Source: Octopus sinensis (lineage: Eukaryota). From it: 64,000 nt of DNA. Location of the stretch: positions 14,322,001-14,386,000 of the forward strand of contig NC_043017.1 in NCBI RefSeq assembly GCF_006345805.1. Reading direction: 5' to 3'. This document shows positions 29,789 through 42,509 of the stretch, in pieces (the stretch's first letter is position 1; each line of letters begins with the position of its first letter). The notes below the pieces were generated by a model that searched no databases, was not told the DNA's origin, and saw only the letters and a list, made by a program, of their open reading frames with translations. Both the position numbers and the translations under genes were made by a program.

Positions 29789-29910
29789 TAAGGGAAATTG
29801 CCTGTTTTTAAATCTTCATTGTTCTGTGGTGAAGGAGGACAAATGTTCACTTGTGGCGGAGTTAGTCCATACTGGTCTGGGCAAAGATCTTTTTCAATTT
29901 CTTCCATTCT
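29789..29910 (-). CDS. Cav2: Cav2 II-III linker exon (RMEEIEKDLCPDQYGLTPPQVNICPPSPQNNEDLKTGNFPY)
   Basis: 122 nt, poly-T aacag acceptor, donor gtaggt, phase 0 to 2. The terminal TA is completed to TAT by the next exon. Confidence 0.9.
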
Positions 29911-30535
29911 CTGTTAAAAAAAAAAAAAACAACAGGCAAGATTGAATTACTTGAAGAGTCTAAACCTATGAAACCTAAGTCCATGAGTTCAATATCTACA
30001 AACATGGGAATGTATTTATGAAACAGAAATATTTCACAATCTGAAAACTGTTGGAGGTTTCTAAAAGGTACACAAAAGATTAAATTAAGAAAATTTACAA
30101 TAAAAGAAAAATCGATTTTGCTATCAAAAAATTAGCTTAAATTTTTAGTCCCCCATTTTGGGGACAATAAGTCACTTTTTCAATACATATGCACTTACAC
30201 ATCTATATATGTAATACCTATACAAACATATGTATTTAAATATACATCAATGGAAATATAGTCTGTGTATGAGTGAGTATGTATGTGCTTGTATGTATGT
30301 GTGTGTATACACACACACACAGGAGCAAGTACAGCCATATAGATAAGAAGTTCATTTTGAAAACATGGTTTCAAGTTTGTTCCACCGTGTTCTATGATGT
30401 GTAGACAACAGCTTTGGGTTGGAGTTAAGGAAGGGCATCCAGTCACAGAAACCATACCAAAATCAACATTGGAGCAGCATGACACCTACACCATCCAACC
30501 TACACCAGCTTAGAAAAAGTATGTTAAAGAGGATG

Positions 30536-30572
<37 letters not shown>

Positions 30573-30582
<10 letters not shown>

Positions 30583-31508
30583 CTATGGTTGCAGAACAAA
30601 CAAATACAAGGTCATCCAAGTAGCATTTCGTATCTCAAATATTTAATCACAAAATGCTTTTTCTTTCACATAGAATATACATGTATAACATCACGGAAGA
30701 TGAAACATAACTCATCAGTACAAGCATATAAGAAAATGCAAGAAAAATGTGTGAATACAGTTCATCACGGTTAAAAGTTAATACTTTAGCGATTAAGAAA
30801 TATATATTTTTTTAAAAACATTACAACACCTAGAATAATAAATACGTACAAATATAAAGTAATATATAAATATATAGATATATAAAAAAATATATAAAAA
30901 TACATATATATAGGAAGCATATAAATAAGTAATATATAATATATAAGGTATATATAAGGTATATAATGTGCATTAAATACAGTGATGTACCCCTGAAATG
31001 GCCAAAGGGAATGTAAATATGGTTTCTTCTTCTTTGCTTGGACACTGGATTTTAACTATAGGTTTCCCTTATCTGAAAAGTAAATTTTAATGAGAAAAAA
31101 AAAAAATTTCTAAACAATGAACTTTTATCTTACCTTATATATTATATATTACTTATTTATATGCTTCCTATATATATGTATTTTTATATATTTTTTTATA
31201 TATCTATATATTTATATATTACTTTATATTTGTACGTATTTATTATTCTAGGTGTTGTAATGTTTTTAAAAAAATATATATTTCTTAATCGCTAAAGCAT
31301 TAACTTTTAACCGTGATGAACTGTATTCACACATTTTTCTTGCATTTTCTTATATGCTTGTACTGATGAGTTATGTTTCATCTTCCGTGATGTTATACAT
31401 GTATATTCTATGTGAAAGAAAAAGCATTTTGTGATTAAATATTTGAGATACGAAATGCTACTTGGATGACCTTGTATTTGTTTGTTCTGCAACCATAGTT
31501 TAATATAT
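30573..31508. repeat. Long inverted repeat: 378-bp arms (30573-30950 and 31131-31508), 180-bp spacer
   Basis: Compared base by base: 377/378 identical, no indels. The only mismatch is 30783/31298. Confidence 0.97.
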
Positions 31509-31639
31509 TTGTCTCATTTAATTGAACACTTCTATAGCAGTCCTATTAAACATTTTGTTCCTGATAAGAAACAATCACTTTATTATTGATATATATATAT
31601 ATATATATATATAAATATAAATATAAAACACCCACTACA

Positions 31640-31797
31640 CTCGTGGAGTGGTTGGCATTAGGAAGGGCATCCAGCCGTAGAAACACTGCCAGATCTGACT
31701 GGGCCTGACGAAGCCTTCCAGCTTCACAGACCCCAGTTGACCCGTCCAACCCATGCTAGCATGGAAAGCGGACGCTAAATGATGATGATGATGATGA
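31640..31797 (+). mobile_element. 3' fragment of the same (GAT)n-tailed SINE-like family
   Basis: High local identity to 59000-59157 and the same tail. Confidence 0.75.
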
Positions 31798-32070
31798 TAT
31801 ATATATATATATAATATATATATATGTATATGTATATATATATATATGTGTGTGTGTGTGTATATATAATGAAAGGAAGGGGAATAAGTCAATGGTATTA
31901 GTTACAAACAGATCTAAAGAGTCACTGAATTTTCCAAATAAAATGAGATGGAACACTAGTTAAATCCATTTTCGTTTTCATTTTGCTGGCAAGCTCTAGA
32001 GAAACATACATACATATATATACATGCATATAAATATATATACACACATAAATACATATATTTACTTATA

Positions 32071-32295
32071 CAGTAATCCCTTGACTATCGCAAGTGTTAC
32101 GTTGCAAACCCCCCCCCCGTGATAGGTGAAAATCTGTCAAGTAGAAACAATACTGTACTGTATATTTTTTGTATTATTTTTATAATTTGTATATATTTAT
32201 GTCATTATAAATGCAAAACAACACCACGGAGGAACTGACATAAGCTTAAATAATAAATCGTGATAGGTGAACTGCAATATGGAGAGGGATTACTG
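32071..32295. mobile_element. Tc1/mariner-superfamily (pogo/Tigger-like) MITE, 225 bp
   Basis: TA at 32069-32070 and 32296-32297. TIR CAGTAATCCCT at both ends, with repeated subterminal gtgataggtgaa. Confidence 0.8.
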
Positions 32296-32522
32296 TATAT
32301 GCATACACACACACACGCACACACATGCATGTATATACATACATCATCACCATTTAATGTCCATATTCCAAGATGGCAAGGGATGGATGGTTTGACAAGA
32401 TCTGATGTGTTTCAGTAATGTATAATGCTCCAGTATCTGGTTTTCCAAAGTTTCTATGACTGGATGCTCTTCCTAATGCTTGGGCTTTTACCATACTATC
32501 AGCACTATTGAGGCCACCATAC

Positions 32523-32553
<31 letters not shown>

Positions 32554-32557
32554 TTAT

Positions 32558-32610
<53 letters not shown>

Positions 32611-33158
32611 TATATATATCCAACACATACCAGCATGACAGTTTGACAGGAGCTAACAGGTTTGAGAACTTCATTGAGACCCAGGCTTTGGCCTGGCTTC
32701 TGTGGCTGGATGTCCTTCCTAATGCCAATCACTTTACAAAGTGTGGTCAGTGATTTTATGTGACCCCAGCACCAGTGAGGTGACCAGGCAGCATGTAAGA
32801 ATAAGATCCCCTTCAAGTGTGTGGGTGTGTTCTACAATAGTAGGGGATGTGGGTTGAAGTGAGAGAAAAGGAGCTGGATTAGGCTTCTTGCTATAGAAAG
32901 AGGGGCTGCATTTTAGAAGAGATGAGTGGGGTGGGAGGAATGATGGGGCTGAAGCAGGAAAGAGATAAAAATGGTGGTGATGAAGTGTCAGGGTGGTCCT
33001 TCAAGGTATGAAGTGAGTAAAAGTGAGTGGGGACATGAAAACAGGGGATGTGGGTAAGGAGAGGCTGCAGGAAAGAGAATCAGAGAATATGTGTGCATAT
33101 GTAAACAAACACACATATGTATATATACACACATGCTCATATATATATATATATGCAT

Positions 33159-33192
<34 letters not shown>

Positions 33193-35554
33193 CAGTGGTG
33201 ACCCTGGCACTTGGGCTGTTTGGGCTTAGCCCGAGTATAAATTTAGTAAAGTGAATGTGTTTTTGCAATCTGATTTAATTTCTGCCAACACTGACTTCAA
33301 GTATGTAATAACTCGGACTCCTTTATTTTCTTTCAGTGTCTGGCAGTTGTCTTAGAGGCGCTCTATGTCAAAAAATATTATTCGTGGCAGATATTTTCTT
33401 GACATCGTTCACATGCGCCTGACTTGGAGTCAGAAGTTACAGCCCGAGTTGTTATCTATACTCGTAAAAATTAGAAAAAGAAATGAGAAATTATCCAGCA
33501 ACTCAGGCTGATATGAACGAACGTAGTAGGTGTAAAAAAACTAACTGGCATCTCTTGCCAAGGATACAGGCAACAGTCAGATCGCTGATGTTTGTTGTGC
33601 ACTCCGCTGTTATTATTTGATTGTTGTAATTGCGTCTCTGTGTATAGATCAGCTGTGTTTTGCAGGGTTGCTTTATTTTAACCCTTAACTTAGAAATGGG
33701 GGAAGACATAGTGCTAGATATAGAAAAATAAACCATTTGGGGCTAGAAATAAAGTGGAAAAACATGAAATTCTACGAGCACATGTCTTATGTGAAATCTG
33801 TGATAAGCCCGAGTGATGCTGATGACCTGGAGTCACCTCAGATATATATATATATACATACACACACATATATATCCATGTGTATACATATATATATATA
33901 CATATGTATGTGTATATACACACAAACACCCTTCTAGCTACACATACTGATGCACTTGTAGCTACAACCTGTCACCCTATATTATTAATGTATTATCATA
34001 TATAAATAAAACAACTTTTAACAAATATATATACTCATATACACACTAGAATTGTTCCTATTTTATACATTTTGATCTTCTATTCAAGTCAAGTATGTTT
34101 TATAGCAGTATCAAACTCCCCAGTACGGGACTGGTACTTTATTTTATCAGTCCAAGAAAGACTAACAAGATTGTAACTCTGAGCCTTATTTATCGCGTAT
34201 TAAATACTGTGGCCATATTGTCCCATATTGTAAAGTAATTCTGTCAATAAGCCAGTATTTTAATATATTTAACAATATTATTATCAAGATTTAAATGTAA
34301 ATATGATTACTATGTATAACTTTTCATACACTAATTAGTTCTGTTGTGAGAAAACGTTTTCATAACAATCCTGCATTGCTCCGATAATATTTCAAATATG
34401 AAGAAACCAAATTTCATTTAATTCCAGCAATACATGCTACAGATGAGAAAATAGATTAAAATATGATCTTTAGCTTCTGAGTTTGTGTATGTCATCACAG
34501 AACAGGTCATGATGTAGCCCCTACTAAATTAACTGCCTGAAAAATATAGGTATATAATTTCAAACGGTATGCTAATTTATTTCCTAAGCTCATTCTAAAG
34601 TACTTTAGAAGAAATGTCACCATCTTTGTCAATAAATATTCAAATAAGATCATTTAATCCCAATACACAGTCTTCAATCACTGGATTATTTCTAATCATT
34701 TTAAGGTCTTCTGAGAGACATTCCACTGATGAGGTCAAATAACACTGAAATATGTCTATAGTTGTCGCCACACTGAAAATACCAAGCTCACATTCAATAT
34801 TTTAATTAATTTAAATTCCTAAATTGTCTCCGCTACCATTCTTCACCAGAATTAGTTATTAAAATAACGAGGTTGTTATCCTTACTGAAGCTATAATTTT
34901 AATTAATTAAGAGTTCTCAACTCAATTCCTTATATCCAATATCCACTTCACTCTTTCTTTTTCATCCTCCCACAGTCAATACCAAATAAACTTCTCTAAA
35001 ACTTCTTCAAACTTTTTCAGCCTTATCACAATGGTCAGTGATTTAAAAACAGTAATTATGGTAACAGAAACAAATTGAGAATCTATCAACTCAGAAGTGA
35101 TTGAATTAATTGTATGAATGGTAGCACTGCCAATGGCCAATGTTGCTTTCGTTTGCATTATATTCAAGTTAGGATAGTGTTTTACTGAGGAGCTTGGAGT
35201 AGCAGGCTGGTTTGTATCTTGGCAAGAATTTTATACAGAAGTTGATTGAAAATAAAGCAAGAATAACAATTACAAATTATTAGCATAGCAAGAGCAATGA
35301 CAACATTTTATATTGTCAGACCCAGCTGGAGCTAAATGTCCGATTTAATCTTCTTAGTACCAACCTGTCTGAGATTGATCCTGGTTTTAATAGGTTTCCA
35401 CATTTGAATTAAAAAAACCTTCCTCAAACTTTTATGTAAGACCCAGACACTAACTCATACTCAAAAAGTCAACTACTTTCCTAAAGTCTCCTGAATTCTT
35501 GACTATTTTAAAAATATATTTAAAAAGATAAAAAAAAAACTCATTAGCATAGAT

Positions 35555-35915
35555 GGCAGTGTGGTAAGAAGTTTGCTTTCTGACCACATGGTCTGGGGTT
35601 CAGTTCCACTACATGGCACCTTGGGCAAGTGTTTTCTACTATAGCTCCAGGCCAACCAAAGCCTTGTGAGTGGATTTGGTAGATGAAAATTAAAATAAAG
35701 CCCATCATATATATATATATATATATATATCTGCCCCCCCCCCATTCACAGCTCGACAACCAGTATTGGTGTGTTTAAGTCACCCATAATTTAGCAGTTC
35801 GGCAAAAGAGACCGATAGAATAAGTACCAGGATTTAAAGAAAACAAAATGTACTGGGGTTGATTCATTTGACTAAAATCCTTCAAAGCAGTGCCCCAGCA
35901 TGGCCGCAGTCTAAA
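35555..35915 (+). mobile_element. tRNA-derived-type SINE with internal (AT)n tract
   Basis: Head gtgtggtaagaagtttgct..ggttcagttccact..ggcaccttgggcaagtg resembles pol III A/B boxes. 3' end gtgccccagcatggccgcagtc. Related copies at about 37575, 39445, 60560, 9790 and 36600. Boundaries approximate. Confidence 0.7.
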
Positions 35916-37019
35916 GATAAAAAGATATAAGAATATGTTAATGTAAGGATGAATGAAGCTGATGGCTGTGACAGCCGAAAGCATCAACAGAAATAAGGCT
36001 AAGTCCAGAAAATATCAAATATTAACTGTAGCTATAATCTGTAAAGACAACATTCTAGAAAAGTCAGATTTTATAAATATTTTGAAGGAAAAAAAAAGAA
36101 AGAAAAAGAATAAAAAGACAAACCAGAAAAATGTAAAAGTCAATATTTACAGGTTAAATTCTTTAATGATTTTGACAATTCACTTTTGAGTTTGTGACAT
36201 TTTAGCAAAAACAAGGAAATACATTTACAAATGAACATTTAACAAAATCAAGAAATATTGATTAAGCAAAAATCACTGAAAAAGCTGAAAGAGAGGTGGG
36301 AGGAGGATGAGGAGGAGATGAAGAGGAAGAAAGAGAAACTAGCAAAAGAAGAGAAATGCTTAAAGCCTTTTACGGGTTCTGCTTTTGGTCAAGAGCTTTA
36401 ACAAAAAGGATCACTGTTCGGTAGGTTACATAGAATCGGTTAATGGCGGCGAGGAAATGAGGGAACTAATTATCAAGGAGAACAAATGTACAGTTAAACG
36501 AAGATACACTAATTGTTGCACATTCCAGATCTTTAATTAACAAATTTTATTTTTTTTTATATGAGATGAATTGAAATTTATAAAAACTGTCCAAAGCCTA
36601 CCAACATGGCCACAGTCCTAAGACTGAAACTAGTCAAAGGGAAGCACCCCACTCCCATCACCCTTAAACCTGGAATATCAAATATATTTTTTTAAGGCTC
36701 ATTTATGCCCAGGTGGGAAATATATTCTAGAATTAAATACCCAATATAATTCTTGCAGGAAGCTCTAAGAGTAATTCTGTTTACTAAGGAACCATAAATG
36801 GTAATATGGCAGTAGATTGGCATTGTTTAGTTGCAGTATTTTATGTTCTCAGTTCAAATACAGCTGAGATCAATATAATAAATGAGTAGAGAAGTACTGG
36901 GACAAGCTGAAACATTCCTCTGAAATACCCAAGAAGTGAATAACATTAGAAGAGAGGTGAAGAGGATTGAGGCACTGTTTGCACTGCAAAAGCTTTATGT
37001 GTGTGTGTGTGTGTGTATT

Positions 37020-37055
<36 letters not shown>

Positions 37056-39769
37056 ACACACACACACATATATCTGTAAAGACAACATTCTTTGAAAGCT
37101 AATATATATATATCTATATATATATATATATATATATATGAGTATGTTTGTGTGTACATACATACTATATATGTAAGGTGCAAAAAACTTGAACCAATCT
37201 TCTGCCTGATATCCTCCCCTAATTTTAATGAAACTTCAATGAGAAAATTTCCATTAAACTTATTTACCTTTTAGACAACAGTAGCCAACTAGGAGACTGC
37301 ATATAGTCACTAGAAAGAGTAACCAAATCTCCTTCAAATTACACCCTAACATCTTAAATAAACAAGAACACATATATACATGTAAAAAAAAAAACAAGAA
37401 AAAAAAACAAGTGATGATCAAAGCTGGAACATGTTTGATCATAGGTCTACCTGATGAAAGCTAATCTGGGGTTAAGCAACAACTACACTGTAGTAATATA
37501 GTATTTCATGCTCTGGATATAGAAGGCATGTCACAATATCAATATTTATATGTCTTGGTGCGCGCACACACACACAGCTGAAGTGCTAAGAAGTTTGATT
37601 TATGAGGTACCAGGTTCGGTGCTACTGCCTGGTATTTGGGGCAAGGAACTTTTAACCAAAGCCCAGGTCAGCCCCAAACCTTGGAGTTAACACCAGCTGG
37701 CCTGAAGGTGCCTTTAGAAAGAGTTCACTCTATGACAAACATTTGGGTCATATTTCTGGAAACTTTCTCTCAGCAGCCTCAAAGTCTCACAAAAAATTAA
37801 AAAAGCGAGAGATGCAGACCCACCCCACCCCTACCCAACATATTGTTATCTTATTCCATCACATGTGTTCTATTGTTATATAACTTATGTTTGTTTAGAT
37901 TAAACTATTTACATACAACAATTATATACATATAAGTATATATATACAGAGAGAGAGAGATAGAGAGAGAGCAACTATATATAGATTCATATACTATAAA
38001 TACATAGACCAAAGATTCTCATTACTATAAGACTGGAATGTGCAATCAATTTGATGATATTAAAGGATGGAGCCTTTTAACGATCAGTGACAGAGTTCAA
38101 ATGGCTGTTTTTCCCTTCCACAATTACTCAATATTTTATGTGTATCACAAATATTGTGGTATGTTACCAGATGCCATTACTGTAATTAACACAGAACTAA
38201 TTAATGCCTCAAAATAAAATGTCAAAATCCCAAAAGACTTTCCAGTAAAATAGTTTTGACATTATTTTTGTGGTTTGTTGCCCTCCTAGAAAAGCCAGTT
38301 TTGAGGGAAACTAGTTTTGCACATATTTCAAAATTAGGTGGTCTTTTATAGATTATAATTAAAATAGTGAGTAATTGACTTAAAAACCAAGGGAAACCAT
38401 AAAACAGGAATGTCAGATACACAACGTCCATAAAAAACTCTACCAATGATGATGATGACAAGGACAATTTCATGCTCTGATTGGACAAGAGGAAAAAAAT
38501 CATGTTTTGATTTCTTTCCATTTGGTTAGTAACGGCAATCTAGAAGAAAGCTAACATTTCATAGTCATGCTTCCATAAGCAGTCTAGAAACTAATCTAGT
38601 CTTCTATAAGAGGATTCTCCAACATCAAACCAATGTATGGTATGCTTTAGCATCACAGCATCTACAATTATTCTACGATTATTTTCTCTATGTGGGAGTT
38701 TCAGTTTAGTTTCTAGTTTCAATGAGGATTAAAGAAATGGTCTTCATGCTATTCTGTTGGAGACAGAAAGAAAGAAGTTGTGTTATATTAAACATACTTT
38801 ACTCTCAACTATTTTTATTATTTTATACAAATATTTATTAATTCTTTCTTGTGTATACCTAAAAATTACAGTTTATTCCACTCGGATTTTACCAGTTGTC
38901 AAAATAGTCAGATTTCTGACATGAAATATATTTAAGCATTATTTTTAGTTTTAAAATAAAATCTAAATAGGTTTAGTAGTGAAAGGATGTATCTTTGTAG
39001 AAGTTTTAAGACTTTCTTCCTTAACATTGATATAACACAAATATATATTGAACAATGAAGTAATGGAGACAGCAAACCACAAAACCATTTTGATAATCAG
39101 ATGGCAGAAAACTGGAAAGGTTTGGTCAGATTAGCACAATACCATAACAGCCTGGCTTTAGTGAATATGAACATGCATGAATGAAGCCTGAATAAAAGAA
39201 GGGTAGTAAGGAGGTGGTTGAGTGACAATAAGGAATGAACAGGGGGGGGAGAGACTGATGTGAAATATGAGGTTGACTGATGATTGAGGAGTATGCAGAG
39301 AAGATGATGTATCGTTTATTGAGTACCACATGGAATCGAGAGGGTATGGATTTGGATAAAGGAATCACACACAGAATTCTTATATTAACTTAATGATCAA
39401 AGTGGAGTTGATGCTAAAAATCATTCACACACACACAAAAGTGTAGCATGGCATGTGGTTAAGAAGCTTGCTTGGCAACATACTTTGCAAACATGTCATT
39501 TAGGGTTCAATCCCTATGCACAGAATGTTAAGTGCCTTCTACAACAGTTCTGGGTCAGCCAAAGCCTTGTGAGTGAATTTGATAAGTGAAAACTGCAAGA
39601 AGCTTGATGTATAAGCATGTGTGTGTGCGCAGGGGTGGGGATCCATCTGTTTATGCATCTAGACTTTTCTATTTGTATAAACATTCATAGCTCCTTGCTA
39701 CTATGTCTGTAGCAGCTACACAGAACCCCAGACTAGGTCATTTTTTAACAGCATCTATAGAATCATGGA

Positions 39770-40450
39770 ACCAACAGCTGACAAACAGTTGCCTAGCTTT
39801 TTGCTGGAAAACCAGCATTTGAAGATGACAGAGTTCAACAAGATCTTTTAGTCATCAAGACATGGCAGAATTTCCCGAAGATCTATCTTGAGGAATGTGT
39901 CATAGTCATGGAATTCGTTTAAGCTTTGAATGGGGTCTGGCACAACATCCACAGCAATGATTAGGCTATATACATGGCAAACCACTATTAAACATGGTTG
40001 TAAAAGCACTTGAATGAGAAATACAGTAAAGTCAGTCCTTCAGGTCAATAGAAAATTTGTCATCCATTAACATAAGCACGACTTCTCAATACTCAGCCTG
40101 TTTCTGTTCTTTCTTTTTAAAGATGATCTGTTTGAGGGCCGCGTAAATGAACAGTTTTTGCATGCTGAGCCAAAAATACCAGGAGAAGAAACTGACCTTG
40201 CAGTAGCCCAGTTCAACCAATGATATTATTAATGTAGATGCTATAATCAAGGCATTATCTCATCAACAAAGTTGTATTTCATAGCACAGCCAACAGACAA
40301 ATGGATGCTTGAAAATTCTGTGTTATTGAACTAATGAACAAAAAACATAAGGACTTGTCTGTTGAAGTGTGAAGAAACAGCATGAAGATGAGAAGTTTTG
40401 ATACTGTGTGTGGCCAATGAATGACCTGGTTATAGAGGTGACCAGCAGTT
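39770..40450 (+). mobile_element. Heavily decayed LINE reverse-transcriptase fragment (CR1/Jockey-like)
   Basis: VMEFV*ALNGVWHN resembles ALDISKAFDRVWH. Many stops. Boundaries approximate. Confidence 0.4.
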
Positions 40451-42233
40451 ATGAAGCAAGAGTATAAATACAATGAAATCTGAGAAAAGGTAGGGATCCT
40501 CAGTGAAGAGGGTAGGTAGAGGATAGATTTTGCAATTCAGTCATAGGAGATGGAAAATGCACAAAAATATCCAGAAAGTAGTAAGACGTAGGGTTTCAGG
40601 AAAAGGACACGAGATACAATCGTCATAAATTAATGAACTGGAAATTTGTGTTTGTAGTCTTGCTGAATATTTGTGAAAAGCAAGGTGAAAGAAATGTGAG
40701 TAGAAATGAAAGTGAGCCGTTGTTGTTTAGCCTCAGATCAAACCTGATGCAGCAGAAGTGTTCCAGCCGATCACCATTTTACCAACATGTTCTAACGTGA
40801 CATTGTTTAATAATTCCTACTTTTTCAAAACATTAGGTAATTATTTGATGGAAATCTGGCTCCTATTTCCAGCAGGTCAAGATAACATGTGGCAGTTCTG
40901 TTGTTGGTTAATGTTTGCGAAAAGACAGTAGAGATAAAAAGGGAAAGAATAAAGTTATAAACATTAGAAAATGAACCCTCAAAGATGAAATTAGGTTCAA
41001 TAAGGCCTGTTTCTGCAAGATGTTAATTCCTGAGCAACACACAGACAACATGTCTGGGGACTCCAACTAAAACCTATACAGGTTAGAAAGGACTCTGTGA
41101 TCCATTCTGAATGTAGTAATTCTCATGTTGGTTGCATGATAAAACACACACAACTCATGTTGTAAAGTGGTTTGAAATAAGATGGGCATTAGGGCCCTGT
41201 AAAAATCATGCCAAATGAAAATAAGGTGGTTTTTCTGTTGCTCTGTGTGTCTAATGTCAAGGGACTGCAATAGGAAGTAAAAAACTTCACAAATGTCTAA
41301 CCTTTGCAAAGATGAAAACAAAAAAAAAGGGTAGAGAGGGGTAAAAATGAAAATGAAGAAATAAACACTGTTGGTAATTATTATAATTATATTGACTTAT
41401 ATACTTGTTCCCTGATTAATAAATTATATATGCAAATGAGATCAAACATAGGTTTAAAAATGATAATCACACTCAGGTATATATATATATATATATGTGT
41501 GTGTGTATAAGTGGCAATAGGGAGAAATGTTATGGGTCAATATTTTGGGGTATAAAGACTAGAAAAAAATCAGTTTTCTACTGGTTGGAGGAGAAAGTTG
41601 ATCTGAAATTGTGTTCAAACTGAAAGAACTGCATCATAGACCAGTAATGCTTGCCATTTAAAAGACCATTGTAGATCTACTTTTGTTTTATTTTACATTT
41701 GTATAAAATATCAATAAATGTTAGCATACATATATTACCTGTGTCTTGGATAAGATGGAATAGAATCTATGTTCAGGTCGTACATGTACAACAACATCTG
41801 TCAATACTTTATGGCATATGAAATGGTATTACATAAAACATAAGTGAAATATTGTAATAATCCATGGGTTTTCTGGAAATGGCCACCAGAATTCATCCAC
41901 AATGCAGTAGGGAATGGTTTAAGAAAATTTACATTAGGGAATCAGATTTGAAAAATAATTGGGGAGGAAAAAAACTAGTTGTGCGATCAGAAATGAAATT
42001 ATCTTAAGAAATAGGAAATATAATTATCATAGATCACTTCATTGATTTAGGTAAATATTGGGATCAGTTTAGCATTTACAGATCATAAAATTTGGCTGTG
42101 AGGTTGGAGATCTTTAATGACACTACAATGTGAAAGAAGAGGAATTTATCAGATACATTAATGTATATATAAATATATATATATATATACATATTTTATA
42201 TATGCTTGTTTGGCAGGTGTACTTGATACATAC

Positions 42234-42263
42234 TGCAAGTTTTTCCTTTTCAGCAGCTTCCTC
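42234..42263 (-). CDS. Cav2: Cav2 II-III linker microexon B, 30 nt (EEAAEKEKLA)
   Basis: Acceptor cttttatttctaataaccag, donor gtatgt, phase 0 to 0. Homologous to 45184-45213. Confidence 0.8.
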
Positions 42264-42423
42264 CTGGTTATTAGAAATAAAAGATCTTTAAATACTTTGA
42301 AAGAATTCTTCAAAACAAGATTATTAACCACTTTCAAACAGTTAAGTTTCCTAAAGGTTAAAGAAAATCTAGGAAATGATTAAACAAGTTTGTTTTTTTT
42401 TCTTTACAATTTCAATTAAAAGC

Positions 42424-42454
<31 letters not shown>

Positions 42455-42473
42455 ATATATATATATATATTAT

Positions 42474-42509
<36 letters not shown>

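Noticed and set aside
29783-29803. Apparent TAG TAG stop truncating the channel, or a GC donor at ACAG|gcaatt
   Set aside because: The gtaggt donor after CCT TA and the phase-2 exon at 26186 starting with T give an open frame (Tyr), so neither explanation is needed.
34976-35221. Minus-strand ORF after an AG (DTNQPATPSSSVK..)
   Set aside because: Its phase does not fit the neighbouring exons, there is no convincing donor, and it has no recognisable homology.
35555-35620. tRNA gene
   Set aside because: The box A/B-like head runs into a SINE body found many times in the window, and I could not fold a full cloverleaf.
36430-36465. 36-nt CpG-containing AG..GT segment (FPHFLAAINRFY) as another linker microexon
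   Set aside because: Weak donor (TAT|gtaacc), poor pyrimidine tract and a hydrophobic peptide unlike the linker. No support without RNA data.
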